From an uncultured delta proteobacterium (GTDB taxonomy: Bacteria > Myxococcota_A > Polyangia > Haliangiales > Haliangiaceae), in NCBI GenBank assembly GCA_963848295.1, contig CAWKDB010000002.1, forward strand, positions 1,344,001 through 1,408,000: a stretch of 64,000 bases of DNA, written 5' to 3'. The notes under the pieces are model-generated. The model was not told the origin of the DNA and did no database searches. It saw only the letters and a list, made by a program, of their open reading frames with translations. Numbering within the stretch: position 1 is the first letter of the stretch; each line of letters starts with the position of its first letter. Positions 33,153-43,398 of this stretch are shown here, in pieces. Position numbers and translations under genes: made by a program.

Positions 33153-36100
33153 GTGCGGGGCCACGCGCCGTTCGGCTCGGTCGACATCATCACGCGGGCC
33201 CTGCTCGACGAGTTTCCCGAGCTCGATCGGGAGCGGCTACGCGCCGCGGTCGAGCGCGCGACCGCGAAGGCGGCGAGCGCCTCGCTCGACACCGAGGGCT
33301 ATCGCGTCGTCGACTTGCACCTCGCGCGCGCCGAAGCGGCCGAGCAGAGCGACGAACGCGCGCAGATCTTACGCGAGCTGTCCGACACGCTCGCCGAGCG
33401 CGACGACGCAGACCGCGCGCTCGTCGTTCGGCTCGCCGCGTTCACCGAGGTCGCGACGAAAGCGGATGTCGAGCCGTTGTTGCGCCTCGCGCGAATCACG
33501 CAACGGTGGAGTGACCTGCCGCTCGAGACCATCGCCGCGCTCGTCGACGTTCAAGATGAAGGCGGCGTCGCGCGGTTGACCGAGCTCGCCACCGCGTGGC
33601 AGCACCTCGGACGCGGCTACCTCGCGGCCGACGCGCTCGAGCGCGTGCTGTTGGTCGCGCCGGGCGATACGCACGCGAACGAAGCGCTGGAGCTGTTCTA
33701 TCGCAGCAACGCGGAGTGGTCGGTGCTGATCGACCTGCTCGGCCGCCGCGCGATCCACGTCGAGGACGACCAGGAGCGCGCCGATCTTTACCGCGAGATC
33801 GCGGTGGTCTACGAGCGCGAGCTCGCCGACGACTCGGCCGCGCTCGATGCGCTGCGCGAGGCCGATCGGCTCGAGCCGAACCTGCCCGAGGTGCTCGATG
33901 CGATCTCGCGCCTCGCCTCTCAGGTCGGCGTGCCCGACGATGAAGCGGTCACCGCGCTCGAGCGACTCGCGGCGCAGACGATCGACGCCGTGGTGCGCGC
34001 CGCGATCCTGGTCCGAGCCGCCGATCTCGCGAAGCTGATCGATTGGGACCGCGCGCACGCCTTGTACGAGCGCGCCCGTGCCGACGATCCCGACCACGCG
34101 CCGGCGATCGACGGCTTTGTCAGCCTGCTCAAGGACCGCGGTCAGCTCTCGGAGGCGATCACGCTGCTCACGAATGCGGCCGAGCGCCCGGGACTCGTCG
34201 CGGAGCGCGGGCGCTGGCTCGCGGACGCCGCGGATCTCTGCGTCGCGCTCGGCGACACGGACTGGGCGAAGCAGCTGTATCGCGATGCGCGCGTCGCCGA
34301 TCCGACGAACCACAAGGCCGGCGTGGCGCTGGTCGAGCTGTGCTGGGATACCGGTTCGCTCGTCGAGCTCGCGCCGATCCTCGACGAGCTATGCCGGACG
34401 ACCGAGGATCCGCGCCGGCTGCGCGGCTACTTGCTCCAGCGCAGCAAGGTCGCGGCCGAGCTCGGCGACAACACCGGTGCGCGCTCGGCGCTGTCGCGAG
34501 CGGTCGAGCTCGATCCCGAAGACGCCGCGCCCCGCCGCGAGCTCGGCGATCTGTTGTTCGAAGCGCGCGCCTACACGAAGGCACGCCCGCTGCTCGAAGG
34601 CTTGCTCGAGGACGAGGACTTGCTGCCGCCGGCGACACGGCCCGAGCTGCACTATCGCATCGCGCGATCGGCGCGCGAGACCGGCGATCAAGAGGCCGCG
34701 GCGAGACACGTGTCGATCGCGCTCGCGCTCGCTCCCGATCACCAGGACGCGCTCGTGTTGCGCACCGAGCTCGACACCGGCGACCCGTTCACCCGCGCCG
34801 CCGACCAGCTCGCGCTCGCGAACCTCGGACCGGTCGAGGAGAAGGCGACGCGGTACGCCGCGCTCGGCGATCGCTACAGCGAGCTCGGCGATCCGATGAC
34901 CGCGCGCGAGATGTACCGCGAGGCGCTCGCTCACCGCCCGGGCGATCACCTGCTGCTGACGAAGTTCCTCGGCCTGGTCGCCGACGACGGCGACTGGAGC
35001 TACAGCATCGATCTCGTCCAGCGCTTGATCGACACCGAACAAGACCCGAAAGTTCGCGCGCGCTATCGCCACCTCGCGGCGATGATCGCGCGCGACGAGC
35101 TCGACGACGCCGAGCGCGCGGTCGCCTTGCTCGACCAAGCGATCGATGACGACCCGCTGTCGTTCGCCGCCGCCGATGATCTCGAAGCCTTGCTCGCGAA
35201 CAACAGCGGCGCCGTGGCGAGCTTCTACTATCGCCGCCTGGAGCACGTCCGCGGCGACGAGGGCCGCGACGGCGAGCGTTTGCGCCTGTGGGACAAGCTC
35301 GGCGAGCTCTGCCTCGCGAGCGGCGAGACCGACAACGCGATCGCGTCGTTCGAGGTCGCTCTGTCCCTCGATCCCGACAACGCCGGTCGCCGCGCGCGTC
35401 TCGCCGATCTGTGCATCGCGAGCCCGCAACACGATGGCAAGGCGATCGCGCTGCATCAGCGCGTGCTGCGCGACGACAAGCGGAGGATCGCGTCGTACGA
35501 GGCGTTGCGCGTGCTGTATCGCCGCGGCGGTCAGCAGGCGAAGGCGCAGGCGTGCGACGAAGCGTTGGCGGTGCTCGGTGCGGCGAAGCGCGACTCGGTC
35601 GAAGCCAAGCTCGGCGAGCTGTTCGAGCAAACCGATCCGAAGCGCGTGATCGCCACGCCGGCGCGCACGCTCGGCGCGGACGATTGGAAGGCGCTCGCCC
35701 GGCTCGAGCGCGAGCTCCAGCTGTCGGCGCTGTTCGCGCTGGTCGCCCCGGCGTTCGCCGCAGAGCGCTCGCGGATCGAGCCGAAACGCGGCGCGCCCGC
35801 GCGCGAGGACGAGGTGCCCGCGGCGACCGCGCGGACGCTCGAGCGCGTCCTGACCGCGTTCGGGATCGCGCGCCCGCCGGTCTACGTCGATCGCGGCAAC
35901 CCGACGCCCGCGGCGCTCGAGCTGCGATCGCGCGACGGCGCGCTCGTGCCGGTGCTCGTCCTCGGCAAAGAGCTCGACGATCCGCACGCTCAGGCGTTCT
36001 CGCTCGCCCGGGTGCTCGCGAACTTGCGCCGCGATCGGATCGCGCGCGTGCTGTGCCACAGCGCGCGCGAGCTCGCACAGATGGTCGAGCTCGCGATGTC

Positions 36101-36422
36101 CGTCACCGACGATCCGACGCGATCGTCCGCGCGCTGGCTCGCCTCCGCGCTGCATCCGGTCGAGCTCGATCAGGTGCTCGCGATCGGCGCGCGCCTGCGC
36201 GAGCGGAGCGTGCAACCCTTGCGCGCCGCGAACGACTGGCTCGCCGCGACGTTGCTGTCCGGCGACTTGATCGGCTTCGTCGTCGTCGGCGACCTGGCGC
36301 GGTGCGCTCATCAGCTCGCGACCGAGCCATCCGGGCCCGAGCGCGTCACCGAGCTCGTGTGGTCGAGCGTCACCGAGGACATCCTCGGCGTGCGCGCGCG
36401 GTTCTCGAGCTGGAGCGACTGA
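33153..36422 (+). CDS. Large tetratricopeptide-repeat protein
   Basis: About 1090 aa of helical TPR-like repeats. Start uncertain (GTG 33147 or 33153). Confidence 0.85.
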   Translation: MRGHAPFGSVDIITRALLDEFPELDRERLRAAVERATAKAASASLDTEGYRVVDLHLARAEAAEQSDERAQILRELSDTLAERDDADRALVVRLAAFTEVATKADVEPLLRLARITQRWSDLPLETIAALVDVQDEGGVARLTELATAWQHLGRGYLAADALERVLLVAPGDTHANEALELFYRSNAEWSVLIDLLGRRAIHVEDDQERADLYREIAVVYERELADDSAALDALREADRLEPNLPEVLDAISRLASQVGVPDDEAVTALERLAAQTIDAVVRAAILVRAADLAKLIDWDRAHALYERARADDPDHAPAIDGFVSLLKDRGQLSEAITLLTNAAERPGLVAERGRWLADAADLCVALGDTDWAKQLYRDARVADPTNHKAGVALVELCWDTGSLVELAPILDELCRTTEDPRRLRGYLLQRSKVAAELGDNTGARSALSRAVELDPEDAAPRRELGDLLFEARAYTKARPLLEGLLEDEDLLPPATRPELHYRIARSARETGDQEAAARHVSIALALAPDHQDALVLRTELDTGDPFTRAADQLALANLGPVEEKATRYAALGDRYSELGDPMTAREMYREALAHRPGDHLLLTKFLGLVADDGDWSYSIDLVQRLIDTEQDPKVRARYRHLAAMIARDELDDAERAVALLDQAIDDDPLSFAAADDLEALLANNSGAVASFYYRRLEHVRGDEGRDGERLRLWDKLGELCLASGETDNAIASFEVALSLDPDNAGRRARLADLCIASPQHDGKAIALHQRVLRDDKRRIASYEALRVLYRRGGQQAKAQACDEALAVLGAAKRDSVEAKLGELFEQTDPKRVIATPARTLGADDWKALARLERELQLSALFALVAPAFAAERSRIEPKRGAPAREDEVPAATARTLERVLTAFGIARPPVYVDRGNPTPAALELRSRDGALVPVLVLGKELDDPHAQAFSLARVLANLRRDRIARVLCHSARELAQMVELAMSVTDDPTRSSARWLASALHPVELDQVLAIGARLRERSVQPLRAANDWLAATLLSGDLIGFVVVGDLARCAHQLATEPSGPERVTELVWSSVTEDILGVRARFSSWSD

Positions 36423-36426
36423 GAGG

Positions 36427-38142
36427 CTAGAGCCCGACGACGATCAGGTGACCGGCGTTGATCGCGTAGATGCGGCCGAGATGATCGAGGGCGACCGGCG
36501 TGTACGCGGCGCCGATCGCCTCGCCGAGAAAATACCAGCCGATGAAGTTGCCGTCGCCGTCGATCGCGTAGAGGTGGCCGTCTTCGCTGTTGAGGTAGCT
36601 CACGCCGTCGCGGTCGACGGCCGGTGCGTTGATGCACCACTCGAAGCCGTTGGGATGATCGTCGACGCAGGTGATCGTGCCGTCCGGCGCGCGCGTGCAG
36701 CTCTGGGTCTCCGTGCTCGTGAACCGCCACACCGGCTGGAGCTGTGCGTTCAGCTTCGTGACGTAGTACGGCCCCTCGTCCTGGCCCTGCTCGGTCGTCC
36801 CGTAGTGGTTGTCCTTCTCGATGATCGAGCCGTCGGGCAACACCGCCGGCGTCGAGTCCCAGCCGAAGTCGAACGTCGAGATCAGGCCGCCCTTCGCGTC
36901 GAGGTGCAGCAAGTGGCCGCGCCCGGCGTTGTACGTGCTGTACGCCCCGTAGAGCACGCCGCCATCGGCCAGCGCGACCGGCGACGCCGACGAATCGTCG
37001 TCGACCAGCATCGCCGGCATCTGGCCCGTCGTCGGATCGATGCCCTTGCCGGCTCCTGCGGTGCACAGCGTCGTGACGTCACAGCCGTCGGCGACCAAGC
37101 CGCGCAGCGATGTCGCCCAGTTCGTCGTCAGCGAGTCGGAGTCGATCGATACGAGGTACGAGTAGTACTCGTCGTACTGCGCGTGGGTCGCGACGAACAT
37201 CGTGCCGTTCGGCGCGAACGCCGGCGCCGCGTTGAGCCCGGGCATCTGCCGTCCGCAATTGCCGGTCGGCGCGGGCAGCACGTTGCCATCGGCGTCGATC
37301 GGCGGATAACCCTGCATGTACATCTGGGCGGTGTACGGATAGCTGCACGTCGCGTCGCCAGCCGGCGCGCCCGGCACGAGGTCGGCATAGCTCGCGATCC
37401 GGGTATCGCCATCGGGCGCGATCGCGACGAGCCACGCGTCGGCGGCCTCGCGCGCCGGGTTGTTATGATCGAGGTGGATCGCGTTGTAGTACACGCTGCC
37501 CTGGTGCACCGCGAGCGCGCCGGCGACGTAGACATCGGGGTTGGTCTGAAACGGCGCGATGTAGCGCACGACCGCGCCGGTGGTCGCGTCGAGCTCCCAC
37601 ACCGAGCCGCCCTCGCCCGGAATCGCGATGAAGTTGTCGACGAGCGCGGGCTGGAACACCGGCTCGAAGTAGTGGCCCGGCTCTGGCTTCCAGTCCGAGG
37701 TGAACGTCCACATCGGCACCAGCTGATCGCCGTGCCATTCGTAGCGCGATTCGGTCCAGGTCTCGCTGTTCAGCCGATAGAGCTCGTCGGACTCGAAGCA
37801 ATCGGGCACGGTGAGCGTGCCGGTCATCGGGTCTTTGACCCGCTCGCAAGACGTGTACGTCCCGCCCTTGCTCGACATGAACACCGCGTCGCCGTCGATC
37901 AACGGCGCTTGATAGTGAATGACCAGGTCGCCGGTCGAGTCGGCGACTTCTTCGGCGGTGAACGGATCGATCACGACCGACGCGAGCTGGCGACCGAGCG
38001 GCTGGCCGGCGACGCAGCTCTGGCCGCTGTGCGACGGGTCGTTGCCCCACTGATGCCACGAATCGCAGAACGCGTTGTCGGGTTGCGTGTTGTCGCCGCA
38101 CGCGGCGAGCGCGACGACGGCGATGATCAAGTGGCGGCTCAT
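36427..38142 (-). CDS. Lipoprotein with PQQ-like beta-propeller repeats
   Basis: ALAA-C lipobox; WHQWG.D..HSG; APAVDRDG.SY..SEDGHLYAID. Confidence 0.8.
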   Translation of the reverse strand: MSRHLIIAVVALAACGDNTQPDNAFCDSWHQWGNDPSHSGQSCVAGQPLGRQLASVVIDPFTAEEVADSTGDLVIHYQAPLIDGDAVFMSSKGGTYTSCERVKDPMTGTLTVPDCFESDELYRLNSETWTESRYEWHGDQLVPMWTFTSDWKPEPGHYFEPVFQPALVDNFIAIPGEGGSVWELDATTGAVVRYIAPFQTNPDVYVAGALAVHQGSVYYNAIHLDHNNPAREAADAWLVAIAPDGDTRIASYADLVPGAPAGDATCSYPYTAQMYMQGYPPIDADGNVLPAPTGNCGRQMPGLNAAPAFAPNGTMFVATHAQYDEYYSYLVSIDSDSLTTNWATSLRGLVADGCDVTTLCTAGAGKGIDPTTGQMPAMLVDDDSSASPVALADGGVLYGAYSTYNAGRGHLLHLDAKGGLISTFDFGWDSTPAVLPDGSIIEKDNHYGTTEQGQDEGPYYVTKLNAQLQPVWRFTSTETQSCTRAPDGTITCVDDHPNGFEWCINAPAVDRDGVSYLNSEDGHLYAIDGDGNFIGWYFLGEAIGAAYTPVALDHLGRIYAINAGHLIVVGL

Positions 38143-38229
38143 CGAGCACCGCGAGAATAGATCGACTCGTCGCGCGACGGGCGCGAAACGCCGCCGGCAT
38201 GAGCTGGCAGCGCCGCGCACCCGCTAAAT

Positions 38230-39327
38230 TTAGCTCGGCGGCGGAGCGATCCGGCCGGTGCCGGTCATCGTGCCGTAGACCTGGATCACGCCGCCGCCGC
38301 CACCGCCGCCGCCGCCGCCCGCCGTGGTCGACTCGAACCGGTCGTCGCCGGTGACGCCGGTGGTCGCGGTGCCGTCGCCGCCATCGCCGCCGTGCAAGGT
38401 GTCGTTGAAGCCACCGCCGCCGACGTGGGTCGGAGAGGTCGACTCGTTGCCGGCGTGACCGCTCGAGGTGTCCGCTCCCTCGCCGCCGCCGCCGCCGATC
38501 GCCCAGACGCCGCCATCGATCGTGACCGCCGGTGCGTCGAACACGATCATGCCGCCGGCGCCGCCGCCGCTGCCGCCGCCGTTCGTCGCCTTGCCGCCGG
38601 CGCCGCCGCTGCCCGACGCGTCGATCGCGCCCAGGCCGGTGACCGTGATCGACTGGCCGGCGATGAAGTAGATCGCCCCGCCGCCGAGACCCCCGCCGGT
38701 CGGGTTGCCACTGCCGCCCTGCCCCGGGCAGCCCGCGACGAGGCTCGTCGGCACCAGCGCTCCGCCGTGCACGCCACCGGTCGAGTTGCCGCCGTCGCCT
38801 CCGCTGCCGCCGAAGCTCCCGCCGGCGCCACCGCCGGCCGATCCCGGCGCGGTCCCCGCATCGCAGTCTCCGGGGCCACCCGGGCCGCTGTCGCCGACCA
38901 CGCTCGACGCGTCGACCATGTCGTCGAGCGTCATCGTTTCGGTCGCCACGACGAGCAACGCCTTGTCGCCGGTGACCGCGACCCCTTGCTCGAGCGAGAC
39001 CGTCGCCCCGGCGATCACGCAGACGCCGTCGAGCTTCTTACCCGTGACCGTCGTGTCGCATGCAAACGTGCTCGTGTCGATCTCCGCGGTCGAGCCGAGA
39101 TCGACCGCCTGGGTCGGCAGCGTGATGAAGCACGCGCTCAGGGGGCCGCTGCCGAAGCAGGTCCCGGCGAACGCGTCCGGGGTGGCCGGTGCGTCGAGCC
39201 GCGGCCCATCGCCATGCGTCCGAGCCGCATCGGGCGCCCCAGCGTTGCCCGTACCACCGCTTGGCGTCGTGAAGCTGCACCCCGCGACAGTGAGTGCGAA
39301 CGCGCTCCATCTCAATAACCCGACCAC
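38230..39327 (-). CDS. Gly-rich lipoprotein
   Basis: TVAG-C lipobox, PDA linkers, repeated GGGGG.GG.I motifs. Start uncertain. Confidence 0.75.
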   Translation of the reverse strand: MVGLLRWSAFALTVAGCSFTTPSGGTGNAGAPDAARTHGDGPRLDAPATPDAFAGTCFGSGPLSACFITLPTQAVDLGSTAEIDTSTFACDTTVTGKKLDGVCVIAGATVSLEQGVAVTGDKALLVVATETMTLDDMVDASSVVGDSGPGGPGDCDAGTAPGSAGGGAGGSFGGSGGDGGNSTGGVHGGALVPTSLVAGCPGQGGSGNPTGGGLGGGAIYFIAGQSITVTGLGAIDASGSGGAGGKATNGGGSGGGAGGMIVFDAPAVTIDGGVWAIGGGGGEGADTSSGHAGNESTSPTHVGGGGFNDTLHGGDGGDGTATTGVTGDDRFESTTAGGGGGGGGGGVIQVYGTMTGTGRIAPPPS

Positions 39328-39400
39328 GGTCAGGTTATGCCCTAAACAAACTGATCGTAACACTTGCAACGGACGCACGTGTAAGACGAAAACCGCCTCC

Positions 39401-40876
39401 ATGCAGCGAATTGCCGCCCTTATTATCGCCTTGGTCGCGGTCCCCGCCGTGGCCCACGCGGACGTCGAGATCGGCGGCATCGCCGGCGCCCACATCTTCA
39501 GCGACACGAACGAGCTCGGCGTCAGCAAGAGCCCGACCGCGTACAGCGAGAGCAACGGCGCGCTGTTCGGGCTCCGGCTCGGCGTGTACTTCACCCAGCA
39601 CCTCGGCGTCGAGGCGGAGGGCGCGTACCTCCCGAACGAGTCGCGCATGCTGCTGTTTGATGTGAACAACATCCTGTACCGGGGGCAGCTCGTCTACCGG
39701 TTTCAGAACGGCCCGTCCAGCGTGTTCGTCCCGTTCGTGCTCGCGGGCGGCGGCATCATGCAGATCGTCAAGACCGACAACGACATCCTGATCCACAAGG
39801 GTCACGAGGCGATGGGTTACATCGGCGCGGGCGCCATGTACCGCGCGCAAGGCGACTGGGGGATCCGCGGCGATCTCCGCGCGATCGTCGTCCCGAGCTC
39901 GGGCAGCAGCAGCGTGACGCTCGACTACGAAGTCGTGTTCAGCCTCAACAAGGTGTTCGGTCGCGCCCACCCGCCGAAGCACGTCGCGCCGCCGCCGCCG
40001 CCGAAGGATGAGGATCCGGACCACGACGGCATCCTCGGTGACAAGGACAAGTGCCCGAACGACCCCGAGGACAAGGACGGCTTCCAGGACGAGGACGGCT
40101 GCCCGGATCCGGATAACGACAAGGACGGCATCCTGGACAAGGACGACAAGTGCCCGAACGAGGCAGGCCCGGCCGAGAACAACGGCTGCCCCGACAAGGA
40201 CACCGACGGTGATGGCATCGTCGATCGCCTCGACAAGTGCCCGAACGACCCGGAGACCAAGAACGGCTATCAGGACGAGGATGGCTGCCCGGACGAGATC
40301 CCGGAGAAGGTGAAGCAGTTCACCGGCGCGATCCAAGGCATCACGTTCAAGCTCGGCTCGGCAGACCTCGCGCCGCAATCGAACGCGATCCTCGACAAGG
40401 CGGTCGCGGTGCTCGCCGAGTTCAAGGACGTCAAGCTCGAGATCCAGGGCCACACCGACGACCAACCGCTCGGCAAGAAGTCCAAGTTCGCCGACAACGT
40501 CGCGCTGTCCCAAGCGCGCGCCGACTCGGTGAAGGCGTACTTCGTCAAGAAGGGCATCGACGAGTCGCGGCTGACCTCGAAGGGCTACGGCGACACCATG
40601 CCGGTCGTCGATCCGAAGGGTCTGACCGGCGGCAAGCTGAACGCCGCGCGCGCGAAGAACCGCCGCGTCGAGTTCAAGCTGGTCATGGGCGCTCCGCCCG
40701 CCCCGCCTGCAGCACCGGCCACGCCTGCGACGCCGGCCGCCCCTGCGACGCCAGCGCCAGCCACGCCCGCTGCGCCGACGCCGGCCACGCCGACTCCGGC
40801 CGCGGCTCCCGCGGCGCCGGCAGCAGCCACCGCGCCGGCGGCGCCCGCTCCGCCGGCCCATCCCGCCGCGAAGTAA
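39401..40876 (+). CDS. OmpA family outer-membrane protein with TSP3-like Ca-binding repeats
   Basis: Signal peptide AHA, beta-barrel region, DxDxDGIxDxxDKCP repeats, IQGHTD...LSQARA...NRRVEF, Pro/Ala-rich tail. Confidence 0.93.
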   Translation: MQRIAALIIALVAVPAVAHADVEIGGIAGAHIFSDTNELGVSKSPTAYSESNGALFGLRLGVYFTQHLGVEAEGAYLPNESRMLLFDVNNILYRGQLVYRFQNGPSSVFVPFVLAGGGIMQIVKTDNDILIHKGHEAMGYIGAGAMYRAQGDWGIRGDLRAIVVPSSGSSSVTLDYEVVFSLNKVFGRAHPPKHVAPPPPPKDEDPDHDGILGDKDKCPNDPEDKDGFQDEDGCPDPDNDKDGILDKDDKCPNEAGPAENNGCPDKDTDGDGIVDRLDKCPNDPETKNGYQDEDGCPDEIPEKVKQFTGAIQGITFKLGSADLAPQSNAILDKAVAVLAEFKDVKLEIQGHTDDQPLGKKSKFADNVALSQARADSVKAYFVKKGIDESRLTSKGYGDTMPVVDPKGLTGGKLNAARAKNRRVEFKLVMGAPPAPPAAPATPATPAAPATPAPATPAAPTPATPTPAAAPAAPAAATAPAAPAPPAHPAAK

Positions 40877-40937
40877 TCGCAAGGGCAGTCCGGCGCGATC
40901 CGTGGTGAGCGCACCGCACGTCGAGGCCCGCCCAGAT

Positions 40938-40964
40938 TCGCTATTGACTACATTTCAATAGCGA
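40938..40964. promoter_or_regulatory. Perfect 10-bp dyad operator overlapping the monooxygenase promoter
   Basis: TCGCTATTGA-N7-TCAATAGCGA; overlaps TTGACT-N17-CAAGTT, with the ATG 6 nt downstream of the -10. Confidence 0.7.
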
Positions 40965-40978
40965 TCCAAGTTAAGGGC

Positions 40979-42433
40979 ATGGCCGACGTCCTGTCCGCGA
41001 TCGTCGTAGGCGCCGGGTTCTCGGGCATCGCCGCTGGAGTCTCGTTGCGCAAGGCGGGGATCCGCGACTTCGTGATCCTCGAGAAGGCGAAGCGAGTCGG
41101 CGGCACCTGGCGCGAGAACACGTACCCCGGCGCGGCGTGCGACGTCCCTTCGCACCTGTATTCGTTCTCGTTCGAGCCGAACCCGAGCTGGTCGCGCGCG
41201 TACAGCCGGCAAGCCGAGATCCTCGCGTACCTCGAGCACTGCGCCGACAAGTACGGCCTGCGCGACCACCTGCGCTTCGATCATCGCGTCTTGTCGGCCG
41301 AGCTCGACGACGCCACCAGCACGTGGCGGGTCGAGACCTCGCACGGCGTGCTCGTCGCGCGCTCGCTGCTGCTCGGCAACGGCGCACTGCACGTGCCCCA
41401 GCTGCCGGCGATCCCGGGGCTCGCGTCGTTCGAGGGCACGCAGTTTCATTCGGCGCAGTGGAACCACGGCTACGAGCTCGCCGGCAAACGCGTCGCGGTG
41501 ATCGGCACCGGCGCGAGCGCGATCCAGTTCGTCCCCGAGATCGCGAAGCAGGTCGCCAAGCTCGAGGTGTTCCAGCGCACGCCGCCGTGGATCATGCCGA
41601 AGCGCGATCGCGAGATGACCTCGCGCGAGCGTTGGATGTTCGAGCACGTGCCGGCGACTCACGCGCTGCGCCGCACCGGCCAGTACTGGCTGATGGAGAG
41701 CACGGTGATCGGCTTCGCGTTCGCGCCCAAGGTCAACCAGTTGCTCGAGCGCCTGCCGCGTCGCTTCCTCGCGAACCAGGTCGCCGACCCCGAGCTGCGC
41801 GCGAAGTTGACGCCGACGTACCGCTTCGGCTGCAAGCGGGTGCTGATCTCGAACGATTATTATCCGGCGTTGCAACGCGACAATGTCGCGCTCGTCACCG
41901 ACGCGATCACCGCGGTCGAACCGCGCGGCATCCGCACCGCCGATGGCAAGCTGCACGAGGTCGACGCGATCATCTGCGGCACCGGGTTCAAGGTCAGCGA
42001 GTACTTGTCGCCGATCCGGATCGTCGGCAAGAGCGGCGTCGAGCTGTCCGACGCGTGGCGCGAGACGCTGCGCAACTACCTCGGCATCACGGTCTCCGGA
42101 TTTCCGAATCTGTTTCTGCTGATGGGGCCGAACACCGGGCTCGGCCACAACTCGATGATCTTCATGATCGAGGCGCAGGCGCGCTATGCGACCGCAGCGA
42201 TCGCCGCGATGCGCGAGCACAAGCTCGCCGCGATCGATGTCAAGCCGAGCGTCGAACAGGCGTTTCGAGCGGAGCTCGCGCGCAAGATGAAGTCGACGGT
42301 GTGGGCGACCGGCTGTCAGAGCTGGTACCAGACGCCGAACGGCGAGGTGTTCTTGTGGCCGGGCGCGACCTTCGACTATTGGTGGCGCACGCGCCGCGTC
42401 GAGCTCGCCGACTACGACCAGCGCGCGGCGTGA
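40979..42433 (+). CDS. Flavin-containing monooxygenase (Baeyer-Villiger type)
   Basis: GAGFSG, GGTW.ENTYPG..CD, F.G..FHSAQW, VIGTGASA. Confidence 0.93.
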   Translation: MADVLSAIVVGAGFSGIAAGVSLRKAGIRDFVILEKAKRVGGTWRENTYPGAACDVPSHLYSFSFEPNPSWSRAYSRQAEILAYLEHCADKYGLRDHLRFDHRVLSAELDDATSTWRVETSHGVLVARSLLLGNGALHVPQLPAIPGLASFEGTQFHSAQWNHGYELAGKRVAVIGTGASAIQFVPEIAKQVAKLEVFQRTPPWIMPKRDREMTSRERWMFEHVPATHALRRTGQYWLMESTVIGFAFAPKVNQLLERLPRRFLANQVADPELRAKLTPTYRFGCKRVLISNDYYPALQRDNVALVTDAITAVEPRGIRTADGKLHEVDAIICGTGFKVSEYLSPIRIVGKSGVELSDAWRETLRNYLGITVSGFPNLFLLMGPNTGLGHNSMIFMIEAQARYATAAIAAMREHKLAAIDVKPSVEQAFRAELARKMKSTVWATGCQSWYQTPNGEVFLWPGATFDYWWRTRRVELADYDQRAA

Positions 42434-42434
42434 C

Positions 42435-43355
42435 TCACTTGCGAAGCGCCGGGTGAATCGGCCTGGTCTCGACCGCGACCGAGGAGATCCGCCATCCGTC
42501 GCTCCCCAAGCGCAACGTGACAGCGTTGTGCCGCGCCTCGGTATGGCTGACCTCGTCCGTGCGCAGCGTGGCTTCGGTCGGTGTCGACGAGCCCACGGTG
42601 TGGATCGCGTTTGCATCGAGGTCGGGCAGCTCGTGGTTCGTGCACGCGGTGGCGAGCTCGGCGGCGGACGCGAGGCGTCGGGTCTTCGTCGGGTGGCCAA
42701 CTCGGGTCAGGTCGGAGACGAGCGGCAGCATCGAGCTCGCGACCAGCTCCTTGCCCTTGCAGTCGGCGAGCACTTGCCGAGCGTGGTCGATCGCCGCGGG
42801 CAATGCGTTCATCGCATCGGCGTTGACCCCGACAACGACGCCGACGCGCTCGTGTGCGAACAGCGCCACGTCGGTGATGCATGCGCGGTCGCCATGGCGA
42901 GCCCCTTTCGAGAACGTGAGCGTCAGCTTGCCTACGGCGCCGCCGCGCAACTCCGCGGAGGCTTCGCCGCGTGCGTTCGGCGTAACGACCACCCGTTGCG
43001 CGTTGTCGGTGGCGACCACGAGCTCGTCAGGAACGGTGTCGAGGTCCGGCGTTTTCGAACCGGTCGCGTTGAATTCGAATCGAAAATCCAAGCGAGTTAG
43101 CGGCACCGCGGGCGTGAGCTCGATCGTCAGCGATTCGCCGGTGCCGTTGCCGTGCGCGCCTTCGCACCACGACGTGTCGCTCTCGCCATCGAGCGCGAAC
43201 CATGCGGAATGTGGGCCGTCGTCGTCGCGCAGCATCGAAGACGCCGTCACCTGCGCGCTGACGAGGTCTACGTCTGGCGCCGCGCGTGCGCTGCGACCAA
43301 CGGCGACGATCAAGAGTGCCGCACGTGCGAATGTTCCGAGCGCGTCCTTCGACAT
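42435..43355 (-). CDS. Secreted protein with discoidin-like (NADase-type glycan-binding) domain
   Basis: Signal-like N-terminus; VTASS...ALDG...TSWCEG..G.G.GESLTI. Confidence 0.65.
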   Translation of the reverse strand: MSKDALGTFARAALLIVAVGRSARAAPDVDLVSAQVTASSMLRDDDGPHSAWFALDGESDTSWCEGAHGNGTGESLTIELTPAVPLTRLDFRFEFNATGSKTPDLDTVPDELVVATDNAQRVVVTPNARGEASAELRGGAVGKLTLTFSKGARHGDRACITDVALFAHERVGVVVGVNADAMNALPAAIDHARQVLADCKGKELVASSMLPLVSDLTRVGHPTKTRRLASAAELATACTNHELPDLDANAIHTVGSSTPTEATLRTDEVSHTEARHNAVTLRLGSDGWRISSVAVETRPIHPALRK

Positions 43356-43398
43356 CTTTATGGTCCGGACGGAGCAGTATCGCGCGAGTCGCACCCGG

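Noticed and set aside
40010..40300. Repeated GACAAGGACGGC-type sequences
   Set aside because: Coding TSP3-like Ca-binding repeats of the OmpA protein, a well-known architecture.
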